A model generated the notes under the pieces. It searched no databases, was not told the DNA's origin, and worked only from the letters and a program-made list of their open reading frames with translations. Positions 1 to 10,446 of a DNA stretch of 64,000 bases are shown here, one piece after another. Position numbers and translations under genes: made by a program. Numbering within the stretch: the first letter of the stretch is position 1; every line of letters begins with the position of its first letter. The DNA is taken from positions 26,376 through 90,375 of the forward strand of contig URER01000003.1 in NCBI GenBank assembly GCA_900547005.1, in the 5' to 3' direction. This stretch comes from an uncultured Prevotella sp. GTDB taxonomy: Bacteria > Bacteroidota > Bacteroidia > Bacteroidales > Bacteroidaceae.

Positions 1-1339
1 TCTTTCGGAATAACGAAGTGAACGGATTAAGTATTCGCGGATAGTGTATTGACGCCTCACCGCCATATTCATAAGAGTTGATGCCGGAGCTTGTGCCTTC
101 CGAACTGTGCCCGGTCTGCCACTCATACGAGCCGTGCAGGTTGATGTCGAGCAGTTCGCCGCCTCTGAAAGCGTTGCGTCGGGTGAGACCGACAATCATT
201 TCCGGGCCGTATTTGCCACTCGTCTTGCCTTTGCCGTAGGCCTCGACGTAGAAGTCGTAGGGCTTGTCGAAGACGCAGTTAATGTTCATGTCGAGTGTGT
301 TGCAGGCTGCGGTGGTGTCGCGAGGAGTGAAGGTGAACGTGGTGGTGGTGAAGAGTCCGGTGCTGTTGAGCAACTTTTGCGACTCTTCGTGCTTCTCCCT
401 GCTGTATAGCTGCTTGGCGCGCAGCTTCAGGTTGTTGCGAAGTACACGCATACGCACGGGCATCCGCTTGCCGTTATAGTTCACGGTGAAGTTTCTCGTG
501 TGGCGTGTGCTGTCGAGTTTCTCGTTGAATGTCTTGCGAAAGTTAACTACCACGTTGCCTATATACCACTCGTGTGTGGCTTTTATGTCGTCCTGCTCAA
601 GCATTTGCAGGCGTAGCTGTACTTTCCCGGGAACGGAAACGGTGTCTGCGAGATATGATGCGTCGTTCTTGTCGTAGTAGTAATATCCGTGGTCTCGGAA
701 CAGGTCGGCTATGCGCAGACGCTCGTTTTCGAGTTCGGATATATCGAACGGGTCTCCTTTTTTTATATAGGTGTCGCTGATGTTGGCATTCATCACGCTG
801 TCGGTAGCGGCCGGGAAGTTTATATAACTGATGCTGTCGACGGTCCACAAGTGCCCCAAATCAACTTTATAGGCTAACTTGCTTTTCTTTGGATTGCTTT
901 GTGGTAGTGTCTCAAAGTTTATCTTGCCGTTGAAATAGCCGCGTTTCCGCAGCATATTCTCACCCACCGTGACGCGTAGTTCAGGGTTGACATGGCTCAT
1001 AAGTACCGGTTTCGTGCCGAAAGCCTTTGTTATCCAGCGGCTGAAGGCGGTGCTGTCGTTGCTGAACGCGTTCCATATCCACAGGCCGATGGGGAAGGGG
1101 GAGCGGTATGTTGAACTGCCGAAGAGAGCCGCGTTTGGCTTTGTCGCAAGCACGTATTCGAGTTCTTCCTGCGTAGTAATGAAGTGATCGTTCTTCTCGT
1201 AGTTCTCGTATTTTGTCGATTTCATGCCCGTGTATAACTGTTCGCCGTCGGGAATGGCACTCGTTGTGGAGCACGACGTGATGACAACCGCGCTTATCAG
1301 CAGTATAGCTATTATTGATATGTGTTTATTTCTTCTCAT
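1..1339 (-). CDS. tamL: BamA/TamA-family (Omp85) outer-membrane lipoprotein, TamL-like; 3' end beyond the window edge
   Basis: Not in the ORF track because it is truncated. Manual translation from ATG 1339 gives MRRNKHISIIAILLISAVVITSCSTTSAIPDGEQLYTGMK, a lipobox-type signal. It overlaps the stop of the upstream TamB gene. Confidence 0.8.
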   Translation of the reverse strand, partial: MRRNKHISIIAILLISAVVITSCSTTSAIPDGEQLYTGMKSTKYENYEKNDHFITTQEELEYVLATKPNAALFGSSTYRSPFPIGLWIWNAFSNDSTAFSRWITKAFGTKPVLMSHVNPELRVTVGENMLRKRGYFNGKINFETLPQSNPKKSKLAYKVDLGHLWTVDSISYINFPAATDSVMNANISDTYIKKGDPFDISELENERLRIADLFRDHGYYYYDKNDASYLADTVSVPGKVQLRLQMLEQDDIKATHEWYIGNVVVNFRKTFNEKLDSTRHTRNFTVNYNGKRMPVRMRVLRNNLKLRAKQLYSREKHEESQKLLNSTGLFTTTTFTFTPRDTTAACNTLDMNINCVFDKPYDFYVEAYGKGKTSGKYGPEMIVGLTRRNAFRGGELLDINLHGSYEWQTGHSSEGTSSGINSYEYGGEASIHYPRILNPFTSLFRK

Positions 1340-4300
1340 TTATGAAAGTTACGAGTGTGTCTTTTTTCTGTTCATTTGCCGGAGGTGCCGGTGCTTTCTT
1401 CTTGAATCGGAAGATGTCGCTCAGCTTTTCCAGTTTGCGTTTCCACATAAAACCTGCGCCAAACTGACTGATATTGCCTTCTAACCAGTCGTATGCCTCG
1501 CGCTCATAGAAGAGCTTCAGATACTGAGTCTCGTTCTTGTTGAGGCGGTATTCCATCGAGAAGTTGTCGAAGAATGCTCCGTTGTCGCCCGCCGCCTCGC
1601 TTCCTGTCGACACGCGTCCGCCCATCATGATGCGCAAACGGTTGTTGAGAAGCTGCTTAGAGAACTTGAATGTGTAGTCGGTGTGCAACGCTCCGGCCGC
1701 ATCGGTGGATGTCTCGAGGTTTGCGGAGAGGTCGAGCCCCATCGAACGCAGTGCGCTTCCGGTGATATTATTTATCTCGCTTTGCATGAACGAAGCCAGT
1801 GCGCCGCTCATTGCGGAGTTTGTCGTGCCTCCGCCTTCGCCCAGATACATTCCTGAAGCGAGCATGGAAACAGCGAGTTTGCCGCGCTCTTCCTTGCTTT
1901 TCATGTTCAGTTCGTTCTGCATCTGCATATCTTCCGGTGTGTTGATGATGAACTCTATCCACGGCTTCGACATAGTTTGTGTGAGGCTTACGCCACATTC
2001 AAAGTCGACAATCTTGCCGGATGATGAGCCGTCGGCCACGTTTGCCTTTAGGTTTTCTGTAGCTGTGATGTTCAACGTCGGGTTATACGGGTCGCCGAGG
2101 AACTCGATGTAGCTTCCGTCCTTGATGTTGAAGGTGTGCAGCGGAATGACCGGCAGCGAGTATTTCATTTCTCCTGAGCTGAGGGTGTAGCGCCCGAAGA
2201 GTTGGAAATCGCTTGCCGAGTTGAAGAGCATACGCAGGTTGCCACCGCCGATGAGGTCGATATAGTTGGAATGGTCAGCGTTCAGCGCGCAAACAATGTG
2301 CGCCTGCTCGTCTATTTCAATGCCCATGGCCATCGTAAATCCGCCCATATCGGGTCGCATTTTGACAGTTTCGGGTATTGTATCGCTGAAGTTTGTGAAC
2401 TTGATGAGGTCGTCCATCTGGCTGTCTGTGGTGAGAGCCGATTCCCGCAGCATATATGTCATGTCTGTTCCGCCGAGAATGTCGAGCTTGCCGAGCATGG
2501 TAAGACGGTTGAGCGGGCCTTTCATCGTGCCGAGATAGTTTACGTATGCCTTGCCGTAGACTTCGGAACGCGCTGTTTCTTTAGCATCAATGAGCAAGAA
2601 ATTCTCGGCTTTCATGCGCACATCGAGGTTCATATTTTCCATATCAGAGAAGTCGAGCGCGCCCTGGATGTTCAACGGGCTGTCGTTGTTGGCATACATC
2701 TCGAAGTTCTCGAACAACAGTTTGCTGTTCTGTATGCGCACAGGGTCGTTGGCGAACCGCATCCTTACACCGTAAGGAGTGCTGTATAGGTAGCATGAAT
2801 CAAGGTAGACCTCGCCGTTTATGTCGAGTTTGCCGAGCGGTCCGTTCACTGTCAGTTCGCCGTCACTGACTCCATCAAGTCCGACAATCTGGTCGGGGAT
2901 GAATCCGTTGATGTAGTTTAGCGGGAAACGGGCGAGTGTGAACTTAGCATCGAGGTTGCCGTCGTCCTTTGAATCGTATGTACCGTTGAGCGTACCGATT
3001 TCTATATTGTCCCTTGTTATGATGGCATCGACGTAGTGAGTACCGTCCGCAAGAGGCATATACACAAGCTGACTGCCGACATCGCCCATCGGATTGCCTT
3101 CGTAGACGAGCTTGCTTACGGTAAGGTCGCTTGAAACGGTCAGGTCTTCCGGCGTCTGCACCACGTGGAAGTCACCGTCGAGGACTCCCGAAACACGCGG
3201 CATATACGGCAGAACGGAGAATACTTTCTCAAGCTCGAAGCGGTGCATGGACAGCGTTATGTTCTGCAATGCGGTCATGTCGCTGTCGTCTGTGTAGATG
3301 TAAGCACCCGCACCGTCGTCTGAGTGCAGTCTCATGTTTGCCGAGACACGGTGGTCTTTACCCATGAAAATATAGTTGCTGTCGTTTACATGGAACTCTT
3401 TGTAACCGATAATGTTCGTTGCCGATGCAAGATTTAGGTACACACCACGCTCTGTAACATTAGCAAGAAGTCCGACATCGAGGCCGGTTTTATTGTTTGC
3501 ATCGACAATCTTAGCGTTTGTGCGCAATCCCTTTTCGTGCAAATAGCCATTCAGCAGCCCCTTAAAAGGATATGCGTTGTTGCGGTTATTGAGTATGCGC
3601 ACATCGTAGTTGAGGCGGCTTGTGTCTGATTCGAGAGCCAGATAAACCGAATCGAGGGTAACGCTGTCTTTTAACAGGGACATCGATGAAATGTAACCCT
3701 TGCCATTCAGCCCGATGGAAGGGGATGACGTAAATTCGAGATTTGCTCCGTTGAATGTATATCCGTAGTGTTTTAGCAGAGTTGTTAGCAAATTGTTGTC
3801 TCCGCTGAGTAGTGCGATGTGGGCGTCCGGAAGCTGCTTCCGCAACTCACTCAGCACTAAATGCTTGTTGTCAAGCTGCTTTCCGATGTTCTTGGATAGG
3901 GCTTGGATTTGCCTGCCCATCTTCTCATAGCCGTCTTTTGCATTGAAATCGAGGTAGAAATCGCCACTGTTAATCTTTGCGTATGTCGTGTCGCGGCGCG
4001 TAAGAATATCGAGTGCCATATCGTGTGCCTCGTATTTGCGCTTGTTGTCGTCCAAAGTTACGTCGCCGATAAGGCCCCGCACGGCGTAGGAACTTCGTAA
4101 ATCAGACTTGATATCAACATCTGCACATACGGATAAAGCCAAAGGGGTATCGAAAGCACCAAGCTGATAGAGGTCGGCGCGGTCTATTCTGCCGTTGAAG
4201 TTGGCAGCCAGCACGCCTCGCTGCATTGTGCCGTGAATGTCAAAGTCTCCGTCAGCGAGTGGAATCACATCGTTCTTTCCACGCAACTCACGTACGGAAA

Positions 4301-6212
4301 GCTCGCCAATATGCCCGTTTACATAATGATAATTGCTAAGGTTGGATTTTATATGCAGGTCGGCATCTGTGGAAACAAGATATTTCTTGTCTGCAATACC
4401 GAGTGTTTTGAGGTCGGCATTGGTTACGTTTCCTTTGAAAGTAACGTCTATATTATTGCGTTTGAACGTTCCGCCAACGGTAAAGTGGCCTCCGAACATA
4501 TTACTCCGGCTATCCACTTTCGCATAAATCTTACCGTTCCGCAGGTTTACATTACTGCGTATGCCGCCAAGTTGGTAGCGGTCGTACTTGAAATCGCGAA
4601 TGTCGGCGGTGAGAGTGAGGCCGGTTTGTGGCGAAAGGAAGTCGGTTCCTTTGCCGTGCATGGCTATTTCGCCGGTGAAAGGCGACAGTCCCATATTTGG
4701 CAGGAAGTGCTGTAAAGGCAGTCGTGAGGCCTTCGCCTTGACATCATAGGCCATTGTCTTAGTGTCAATCACGCCGATGAGGCGCAGAGTTCCGCCACCT
4801 TCACCCGCATTGAGGTCTGCCGTGTATGCCGAACGGTTGGCTTTTATCCTTCCGTCAATGTCTATTCCTTGTGGCAGACGGATGGTCTTACGCACATCAT
4901 CTGGCAGCATTGCCGTTACAAATGCCAAGTTTCCGGTATGCCCTTTCAGCTTCACATCCATGCGCATACGCTCCATGTTGGTTGGATTGGCCATCCAGCC
5001 GTTTGCAAAGAGGCGTAATGAAGTTGGGATATTAAGATTAAGATTCTTGAAAGTGATGTATTTGAGGTTGCCTTCTGCCTTCCCCTTTATCTCAATCGGA
5101 TAACGGGGAAAGTTCTTTGTCAAAGAAGTCGGTAAGCCCGGGGCAAACTTTGTTATGTCTTGGAAGCCTATCGCACCGTCAATCTGAGCGTATAGATTAC
5201 CCGGATTGGTGTCGCTAAAGGCGTTCATATCCATACGGAAGTCTGCCGATAGTGTCGTATATAGAGTTTTTAAGGTAATGTCTGGCAGGGAAATTCGTTT
5301 GGAATCCATTGCGAAATGCCCTTTGAAACTGTCGATTTGAAGCCCGCTCTTCTCTTTACATCGCATAGCGCGCACATACATATTAATATTTGGGGAGTCA
5401 AAAACAAAGGAATCAACTCCGAGAAATATGTCCGTCATGGCTATATGGCTCGCATCGAAGCCTTTGGAATGGGCCACATAGTTCATGTCGTAGTTCAGTT
5501 CGCCGCCGTGCCAGTCAAGAGTTCCTACTTTATATATGCCGTCTTTCAGTCCGAGGTAGGCCGATTTCGCCACGGCCTTGTCCATATTGGTGTGTATCGA
5601 CATCGTGTCGCCGGGCAAATGTAGAGTGAAATCGGTAGCAGAGAAGTCTATTTTGTCGATGCTTATCTTCCAGTCTGCCTTGCTTTCGGTAGTGTCCGGC
5701 GGTACGGTGTCGCTCAGCGCAATGTCTATTTGAGCCTGTTCAATCTTCGCCGTGTTCACTCTTACGCTCTCTTTGCTTATGTCTATGCCGTGACTTTGCA
5801 GATAAAGTCGCCCTAAACGGCCTTTTATGCGTGCCGAAGGAATGAAGTTTGTCGTGTTAACCTTTGTGTCTGTAAATTCAAGGGCATCTATTTCGACTTT
5901 GCTTTTCAGCAGAGGCATGGCCTGTATGTCTACAATCAGTTTGCGGACGTCGGCAACAGTGTCTTTCACTTGTGGCAAAGAGTCATTAGGCTGTATCATC
6001 TTGAAGCCCTCAATCTTCAAGTCGAGAGGGAAGGCGAGGTGTACGTTGTCGACCGAGATGTCCATTCCCGTCTTGCCAGAGGCGTATGATGCCACTTGCT
6101 TGACGGCCCAATTCTGTACGGGTGGTATATAAAGAAGAATAGCCAACAGTAGAAAAAGTACTATCGGCGTTAGTAATAAGATGGCAAACCAGTTTATTAT
6201 TTTTCTTCTCAT
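1326..6212 (-). CDS. tamB: Translocation and assembly module TamB (DUF490) protein
   Basis: About 1630 aa with an N-terminal TM anchor, beta-rich body and DUF490-like C-terminus (GSYIEFLGDPYNPTLNITA). Start MRRKII forms an ATGA overlap with the upstream stop. Confidence 0.9.
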   Translation of the reverse strand: MRRKIINWFAILLLTPIVLFLLLAILLYIPPVQNWAVKQVASYASGKTGMDISVDNVHLAFPLDLKIEGFKMIQPNDSLPQVKDTVADVRKLIVDIQAMPLLKSKVEIDALEFTDTKVNTTNFIPSARIKGRLGRLYLQSHGIDISKESVRVNTAKIEQAQIDIALSDTVPPDTTESKADWKISIDKIDFSATDFTLHLPGDTMSIHTNMDKAVAKSAYLGLKDGIYKVGTLDWHGGELNYDMNYVAHSKGFDASHIAMTDIFLGVDSFVFDSPNINMYVRAMRCKEKSGLQIDSFKGHFAMDSKRISLPDITLKTLYTTLSADFRMDMNAFSDTNPGNLYAQIDGAIGFQDITKFAPGLPTSLTKNFPRYPIEIKGKAEGNLKYITFKNLNLNIPTSLRLFANGWMANPTNMERMRMDVKLKGHTGNLAFVTAMLPDDVRKTIRLPQGIDIDGRIKANRSAYTADLNAGEGGGTLRLIGVIDTKTMAYDVKAKASRLPLQHFLPNMGLSPFTGEIAMHGKGTDFLSPQTGLTLTADIRDFKYDRYQLGGIRSNVNLRNGKIYAKVDSRSNMFGGHFTVGGTFKRNNIDVTFKGNVTNADLKTLGIADKKYLVSTDADLHIKSNLSNYHYVNGHIGELSVRELRGKNDVIPLADGDFDIHGTMQRGVLAANFNGRIDRADLYQLGAFDTPLALSVCADVDIKSDLRSSYAVRGLIGDVTLDDNKRKYEAHDMALDILTRRDTTYAKINSGDFYLDFNAKDGYEKMGRQIQALSKNIGKQLDNKHLVLSELRKQLPDAHIALLSGDNNLLTTLLKHYGYTFNGANLEFTSSPSIGLNGKGYISSMSLLKDSVTLDSVYLALESDTSRLNYDVRILNNRNNAYPFKGLLNGYLHEKGLRTNAKIVDANNKTGLDVGLLANVTERGVYLNLASATNIIGYKEFHVNDSNYIFMGKDHRVSANMRLHSDDGAGAYIYTDDSDMTALQNITLSMHRFELEKVFSVLPYMPRVSGVLDGDFHVVQTPEDLTVSSDLTVSKLVYEGNPMGDVGSQLVYMPLADGTHYVDAIITRDNIEIGTLNGTYDSKDDGNLDAKFTLARFPLNYINGFIPDQIVGLDGVSDGELTVNGPLGKLDINGEVYLDSCYLYSTPYGVRMRFANDPVRIQNSKLLFENFEMYANNDSPLNIQGALDFSDMENMNLDVRMKAENFLLIDAKETARSEVYGKAYVNYLGTMKGPLNRLTMLGKLDILGGTDMTYMLRESALTTDSQMDDLIKFTNFSDTIPETVKMRPDMGGFTMAMGIEIDEQAHIVCALNADHSNYIDLIGGGNLRMLFNSASDFQLFGRYTLSSGEMKYSLPVIPLHTFNIKDGSYIEFLGDPYNPTLNITATENLKANVADGSSSGKIVDFECGVSLTQTMSKPWIEFIINTPEDMQMQNELNMKSKEERGKLAVSMLASGMYLGEGGGTTNSAMSGALASFMQSEINNITGSALRSMGLDLSANLETSTDAAGALHTDYTFKFSKQLLNNRLRIMMGGRVSTGSEAAGDNGAFFDNFSMEYRLNKNETQYLKLFYEREAYDWLEGNISQFGAGFMWKRKLEKLSDIFRFKKKAPAPPANEQKKDTLVTFINEKK

Positions 6213-6883
6213 AGCCCGTCTGTTATGGCCTTCCATAGATTATCATTGGGGAGGGGCGCGATTACGGAAATTTCCTGTTTGGAAACCGGATGGACAAACT
6301 CCACTTTTCGTGCTAAAAGCGATATGCTTCCGTCCGGATTTGAGCGGCGCGCACCGTATTTCAAGTCTCCTTTTATCGGACAACCGATGTTTGCCAGTTG
6401 GCATCTTATCTGATGATGCCTGCCTGTTTTAAGGTTGACCTCAACTAAGGTGTATCTGTCCGACGTGCCGATAATGCGGTAATCCAGCACCGCTTTTTTC
6501 GCTCCGTTGCCTTCAGAGTGTCGTACATAACTCTTGTTTTGCTTCTCGTTGCGCACCAGCCAGTCGGTCAGGGTGTCCTCATCTTTTGGCGGACGGTTCT
6601 GTACGATGGCCCAATAAGTTTTGTGTACATCGCCGGAACGAAACATTTCGTTTAGTCTGCCAAGAGCTTTGGATGTTTTTGCAAAGACAACCACGCCCGA
6701 AACGGGACGGTCGAGGCGATGCACCACACCGAGAAACACATTCCCCGGTTTGCAATGAAGCTCCTTGATGTATTTCTTAACAGTTTCCGACAGAGGTACG
6801 TCTCCGGTCTTATCTCCCTGAACAATCTCTCCGCTCTGCTTGGAAACGATAATGATATGATTGTCTTCGTAAAGTGGAATCAT
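6209..6883 (-). CDS. RluA-family RNA pseudouridine synthase
   Basis: HRLDRPVSG catalytic motif, TGRHHQIR and GDLKYG; likely start MIPLYED. Confidence 0.92.
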   Translation of the reverse strand: MIPLYEDNHIIIVSKQSGEIVQGDKTGDVPLSETVKKYIKELHCKPGNVFLGVVHRLDRPVSGVVVFAKTSKALGRLNEMFRSGDVHKTYWAIVQNRPPKDEDTLTDWLVRNEKQNKSYVRHSEGNGAKKAVLDYRIIGTSDRYTLVEVNLKTGRHHQIRCQLANIGCPIKGDLKYGARRSNPDGSISLLARKVEFVHPVSKQEISVIAPLPNDNLWKAITDGL

Positions 6884-6971
6884 GATAAAAAACAAAAAAG
6901 TGAAGTATAAAAGCCGCAGTCAGACGATGTCTTCAGTGGTCTTTTATGCTTCACTTGTATTATTTCGGATA

Positions 6972-7718
6972 TTACATATTCATACCGCCATCAACCTGTA
7001 TCACCTGTCCGCTGATATAGCTTGACATATCTGAAGCCAAGAATGTAGCGACATTGGCGATATCCTCTACGTTACCGCCACGGCGGAGAGGTATCTTGTT
7101 AATCCATTCCTTGCGGATGTCGTCCGGCAGAGCCTGAGTCATTGCTGTGTCGATGAAGCCCGGAGCTATTGCGTTGGCACGGATACCCTTCGGTCCCATC
7201 TCCTGTCCGATACTCTTTGCGAGAGCGATGAGTCCTGCTTTTGAAGCTGCGTAGTTTGCCTGGCCTGCATTACCGTGAACACCGACAACAGATGCCATAT
7301 TGATGATAGAACCGCCGCGCTGGCGCATCATTACCGGAACGCAAGCATGAATGAAGTTGAATGCTGACTTCAAGTTGACTGCGATGACAGCGTCCCACTG
7401 TGCCTCGGTCATACGGAGCATAAGCCCGTCCTTCGTGATACCTGCGTTGTTAACGAGGATATCAACAGAGCCAAACTCTTCCTTCACCTGTTTTACAACC
7501 TCTTCTGTCTGTGCAAAGTCGGCGGCGTTGCTTGCATAGCCCTTTGCCTTTACGCCTTTAGCTATGATTTCGCTTTCAGTAGCCTTGCCGTTCTCATCGA
7601 TAACAAGGTCTGTGAATGCGATGTTTGCCCCTTCTTCTGCAAATTTCAGTGCGATAGCTTTACCGATACCGCGTGCTGCGCCTGTAATCAGTGCAGTCTT
7701 ACCTGTAAGTAATCCCAT
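6972..7718 (-). CDS. fabG: 3-oxoacyl-ACP reductase
   Basis: TGAARGIG, NNAGITKD and YAASK SDR motifs. Confidence 0.93.
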   Translation of the reverse strand: MGLLTGKTALITGAARGIGKAIALKFAEEGANIAFTDLVIDENGKATESEIIAKGVKAKGYASNAADFAQTEEVVKQVKEEFGSVDILVNNAGITKDGLMLRMTEAQWDAVIAVNLKSAFNFIHACVPVMMRQRGGSIINMASVVGVHGNAGQANYAASKAGLIALAKSIGQEMGPKGIRANAIAPGFIDTAMTQALPDDIRKEWINKIPLRRGGNVEDIANVATFLASDMSSYISGQVIQVDGGMNM

Positions 7719-7822
7719 TTTCTTTGTATGTTTTTTATATTACTATTTCTTATTCTTCGTCAAATGCGAATATCTTATACATAACGCATTTTTCACCTAT
7801 TTATTATATATAATGTATTCTC

Positions 7823-8416
7823 TTATTTCATTCCACCCTTGCCCAAAGCTCCGTAAACGACTTTCGCAACCAGCGGACGCGAAGATTCCTCGGTGAGTCC
7901 GTGGCCGAGTCGCCCGTAAATAAACGGCACTTCAAGTCCCTTGATACAATAGTGAGTGATGTCTGCTACAAGGTCCACGTCCTCAATATCAAACTCTCCC
8001 TCGGCTTTTCCTTCGGTATAGACCTTGCGGAATAGTTCCAACTCATCCTCGTCGAAGTTCTTGCGCGTCTTCTCCACCATCCAAATGTTGCGGAAGAACT
8101 CCGCTCTCAGGTTGCCGTTACGCATCACGGTCTCCTTAATCATGCTCAGGTGGGTATATATAAGTTCGATAATCTTGTCTTGCGGGCTGATGTTTTTGGC
8201 CGCCACCTCGTCCAACTTGTCGGATAAACGTTCCAATTCAGACTCAATAACAGCGTAATATACATCTTCCTTACTTTTAAAGTATGTGTATAAAGTACGT
8301 CTGCCTCTTCCTGATGCAACAGCGATATCGTTCATTGTTGTATTGGCGATGCCTTTTTTTGCAAATAGCAATCTGGCAACGTCAACGAGATTTTGTCTTG
8401 TTTTTGATATTGACAT
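7823..8416 (-). CDS. TetR/AcrR-family transcriptional regulator
   Basis: N-terminal HTH (TTMNDIAVASGRGRRTLYTYFKSKE). Confidence 0.92.
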   Translation of the reverse strand: MSISKTRQNLVDVARLLFAKKGIANTTMNDIAVASGRGRRTLYTYFKSKEDVYYAVIESELERLSDKLDEVAAKNISPQDKIIELIYTHLSMIKETVMRNGNLRAEFFRNIWMVEKTRKNFDEDELELFRKVYTEGKAEGEFDIEDVDLVADITHYCIKGLEVPFIYGRLGHGLTEESSRPLVAKVVYGALGKGGMK

Positions 8417-8442
8417 ATTCTTAATTCCCTCGCATTTATGTA

Positions 8443-8473
8443 TTGCACATTAGAAGTATTATGTGCAAAAGTA
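8443..8473 (-). promoter_or_regulatory. Palindrome TTGCACAT-N10-ATGTGCAA overlapping the -7 box (TACTTTTG, minus strand) of tetR; probable autoregulatory operator
   Basis: Perfect 8-bp inverted repeat at 8443-8468; -7 box at 8466-8473. Confidence 0.6.
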
Positions 8474-8591
8474 TAGTTTTTCTTCTATATATACAAATAT
8501 TTTAATACAAATTACACATTAAATCCGTTTCCGTATGTCTTTATTTATAGTTTCTTATGGGATGGTTCCGGCAGATATATATCGCGCATAG

Positions 8592-8748
8592 TACTCGGGT
8601 GATTTGGGTGTACTCGAGTGATTTGGGTGTAGTACTCGAGTATTTTGGGTGTGGTACTCGAGTATTTTGGGTGTAGTACTTGAGTATTTTGGGCTTGATT
8701 ACTTGAGTAATTTCGGCTTGATTACTTGAGTATTTAAGGCTTAGTACT
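8592..8748. repeat. Tandem array of about 7 units (mostly 22-23 bp) with palindromic core TACTYGAGTA
   Basis: Units start at 8592, 8611, 8633, 8655, 8677, 8700 and 8723, with a partial unit at 8745. Confidence 0.9.
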
Positions 8749-8886
8749 GCACAGCTTAGTCCGTTTAAGACTCGTATTATGACCTTAATTAAAAGAGAAA
8801 ATAAAAATAATGGCATTATTATTTGGCGGTTTCGCGGAAAAGTAGTACCTTTGCACACGCAAATCCGATAAGGGTTAGATTAATAT

Positions 8887-8959
8887 CGCGGAGTGGAGCA
8901 GTTGGTAGCTCGCCAGGCTCATAACCTGGAGGTCGCACGTTCGAGTCCTGCCTCCGCAA
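8887..8959 (+). tRNA. tRNA-fMet (CAT), initiator type
   Basis: Cloverleaf with CAT anticodon and C1-A72 mismatch; -7 box TACCTTTG at 8846-8853. Confidence 0.93.
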
Positions 8960-8966
8960 CAAAGCA

Positions 8967-9008
8967 AAGTCGTAAGTTCCTGTTTTATCAGTGCTTACGG
9001 CTTTTTTT
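8967..9008 (+). terminator. Hairpin plus T-tract after tRNA-fMet
   Basis: aagtcgtaag...cttacggctt followed by a T run. Confidence 0.6.
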
Positions 9009-9071
9009 ATTTATAATATCATCAAAAATTGGTTTCCAAATGACTATGTTCTGCCTACTACTGTTTTGTGA

Positions 9072-9524
9072 TTACACGAGGAAACTCGCTCCATAGATTA
9101 ATAGAACGTAGCGAAGGAATTTGCCGAGTGTAACGCTGATGAGCGAGAGAGGAATGTTGGCGCGCGTGAGTCCGAGTACTATCGTGATGGCAGAACCCAA
9201 TATCGGCAGGAAAGAGAAGAAGCCCATGAGTGCACCATGACCGCCCATGAAACGTTCGGCACGGTCGAGGCTCTCTTTCTTTACGTGCAGATACTTCTCT
9301 ATCCACTCCATTTTGCCGAGCCTGCCGACACAGTAATTGAAGATTCCGCCGAGTACATTGCCCATCGTTCCGTAAATTATCAGTTGCCAACCGTTGAGTC
9401 CGGCCGCGTTCAGGGCTACCATGACGACCTCGCTGCTGAAAGGGAAGAAACTGCCGGCAAGGAATGCCGCAACGAACATTCCCCAATAGCCATAGCCTAT
9501 AAGAATGTCAATAAGGGCATCCAT
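9072..9524 (-). CDS. YqaA/DedA (VTT-domain) membrane protein
   Basis: FLAGSFFPFSSE and GKFLRY motifs; hydrophobic. Confidence 0.85.
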   Translation of the reverse strand: MDALIDILIGYGYWGMFVAAFLAGSFFPFSSEVVMVALNAAGLNGWQLIIYGTMGNVLGGIFNYCVGRLGKMEWIEKYLHVKKESLDRAERFMGGHGALMGFFSFLPILGSAITIVLGLTRANIPLSLISVTLGKFLRYVLLIYGASFLV

Positions 9525-10438
9525 GTGTTATATGCGGTTACTATTATTGCAAGAATGATTAATGTGATGGTTACGATATTCGTGATTTTCGTGTGCGTGA
9601 GCGATATGTAATGCGCTATCAGTGGCGATGTGTTCATTGTGATGAGGCCCAAAAGCATATCGTAGTGCTGTGGTTGCAGAGCTAAGAAAATGAACGAAAT
9701 GACGTCGATGATTATGAAAATTTCGTATAGTTTTCTTGTCCTTATCTTGTCGTTGGTGCTCGTATTTATGAAATGTACGCTGCCGATTATTGCCGAAATG
9801 AGCAATAATGATATGGTTACGATTTGCCGTGTGTCGAGAATGGTGTAGTCAGCCACCTTGCCAAACTCGGCAAGCGACTCAAAATGGAGAATGAAACTGT
9901 TGAAATCGTTTGTTATGGCATAGTACGCGGCGAGAAACCAGTAGGGCGTTATGATGCCAAACAGAGATGCAAAAAATGTCTTCGCACTCATCGACAGCAG
10001 GCTTGAGGCCATGATAATCCATAGAACAGGCAAATAGAAAAGTACGTGTACGGACATCACGCTTGCCAAACCGAGGCACAGAAAGGCATAGAAGGTCCAT
10101 CCTGTGGCTCGGTTGTCCTGATAGCATTTGAAGAAGGCAAGGTAGAAGCCTACGAGGCACAGCACAATGACAGCCTCGGAGAGCGACCGGTATTCGAACG
10201 ATGCCATCGTCATGAACGCGAGAAAGGCACACGACACCATGCGGCTGTATATTCGGATAAGCGCATTAGTGTTGTTCAGCTCCACCATCAGATATGTAGC
10301 GAGAACGACACATCCGAATACCGGCCAAACGGTATTGTCGTGGAGACCGGCAAAAATCCATAATGCTCCGCAAAGAACCGACACTATGGGGAGGGCCTTT
10401 CTGCTTTCCGCTATCTTGTTTTGAAAACGTTTTATCAT
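9497..10438 (-). CDS. Conserved multi-pass membrane protein (DUF6427-like)
   Basis: 313 aa with many TM segments; directly downstream of purD. Confidence 0.7.
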   Translation of the reverse strand: MIKRFQNKIAESRKALPIVSVLCGALWIFAGLHDNTVWPVFGCVVLATYLMVELNNTNALIRIYSRMVSCAFLAFMTMASFEYRSLSEAVIVLCLVGFYLAFFKCYQDNRATGWTFYAFLCLGLASVMSVHVLFYLPVLWIIMASSLLSMSAKTFFASLFGIITPYWFLAAYYAITNDFNSFILHFESLAEFGKVADYTILDTRQIVTISLLLISAIIGSVHFINTSTNDKIRTRKLYEIFIIIDVISFIFLALQPQHYDMLLGLITMNTSPLIAHYISLTHTKITNIVTITLIILAIIVTAYNTWMPLLTFL

Positions 10439-10446
10439 TTCTTTTT

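Noticed and set aside
8541..8858. 105-aa ORF, and a possible CRISPR reading of the 8.6-kb array
   Set aside because: The ORF simply spans the repeats. The units are ~22 bp with related short spacers and there are no cas genes.
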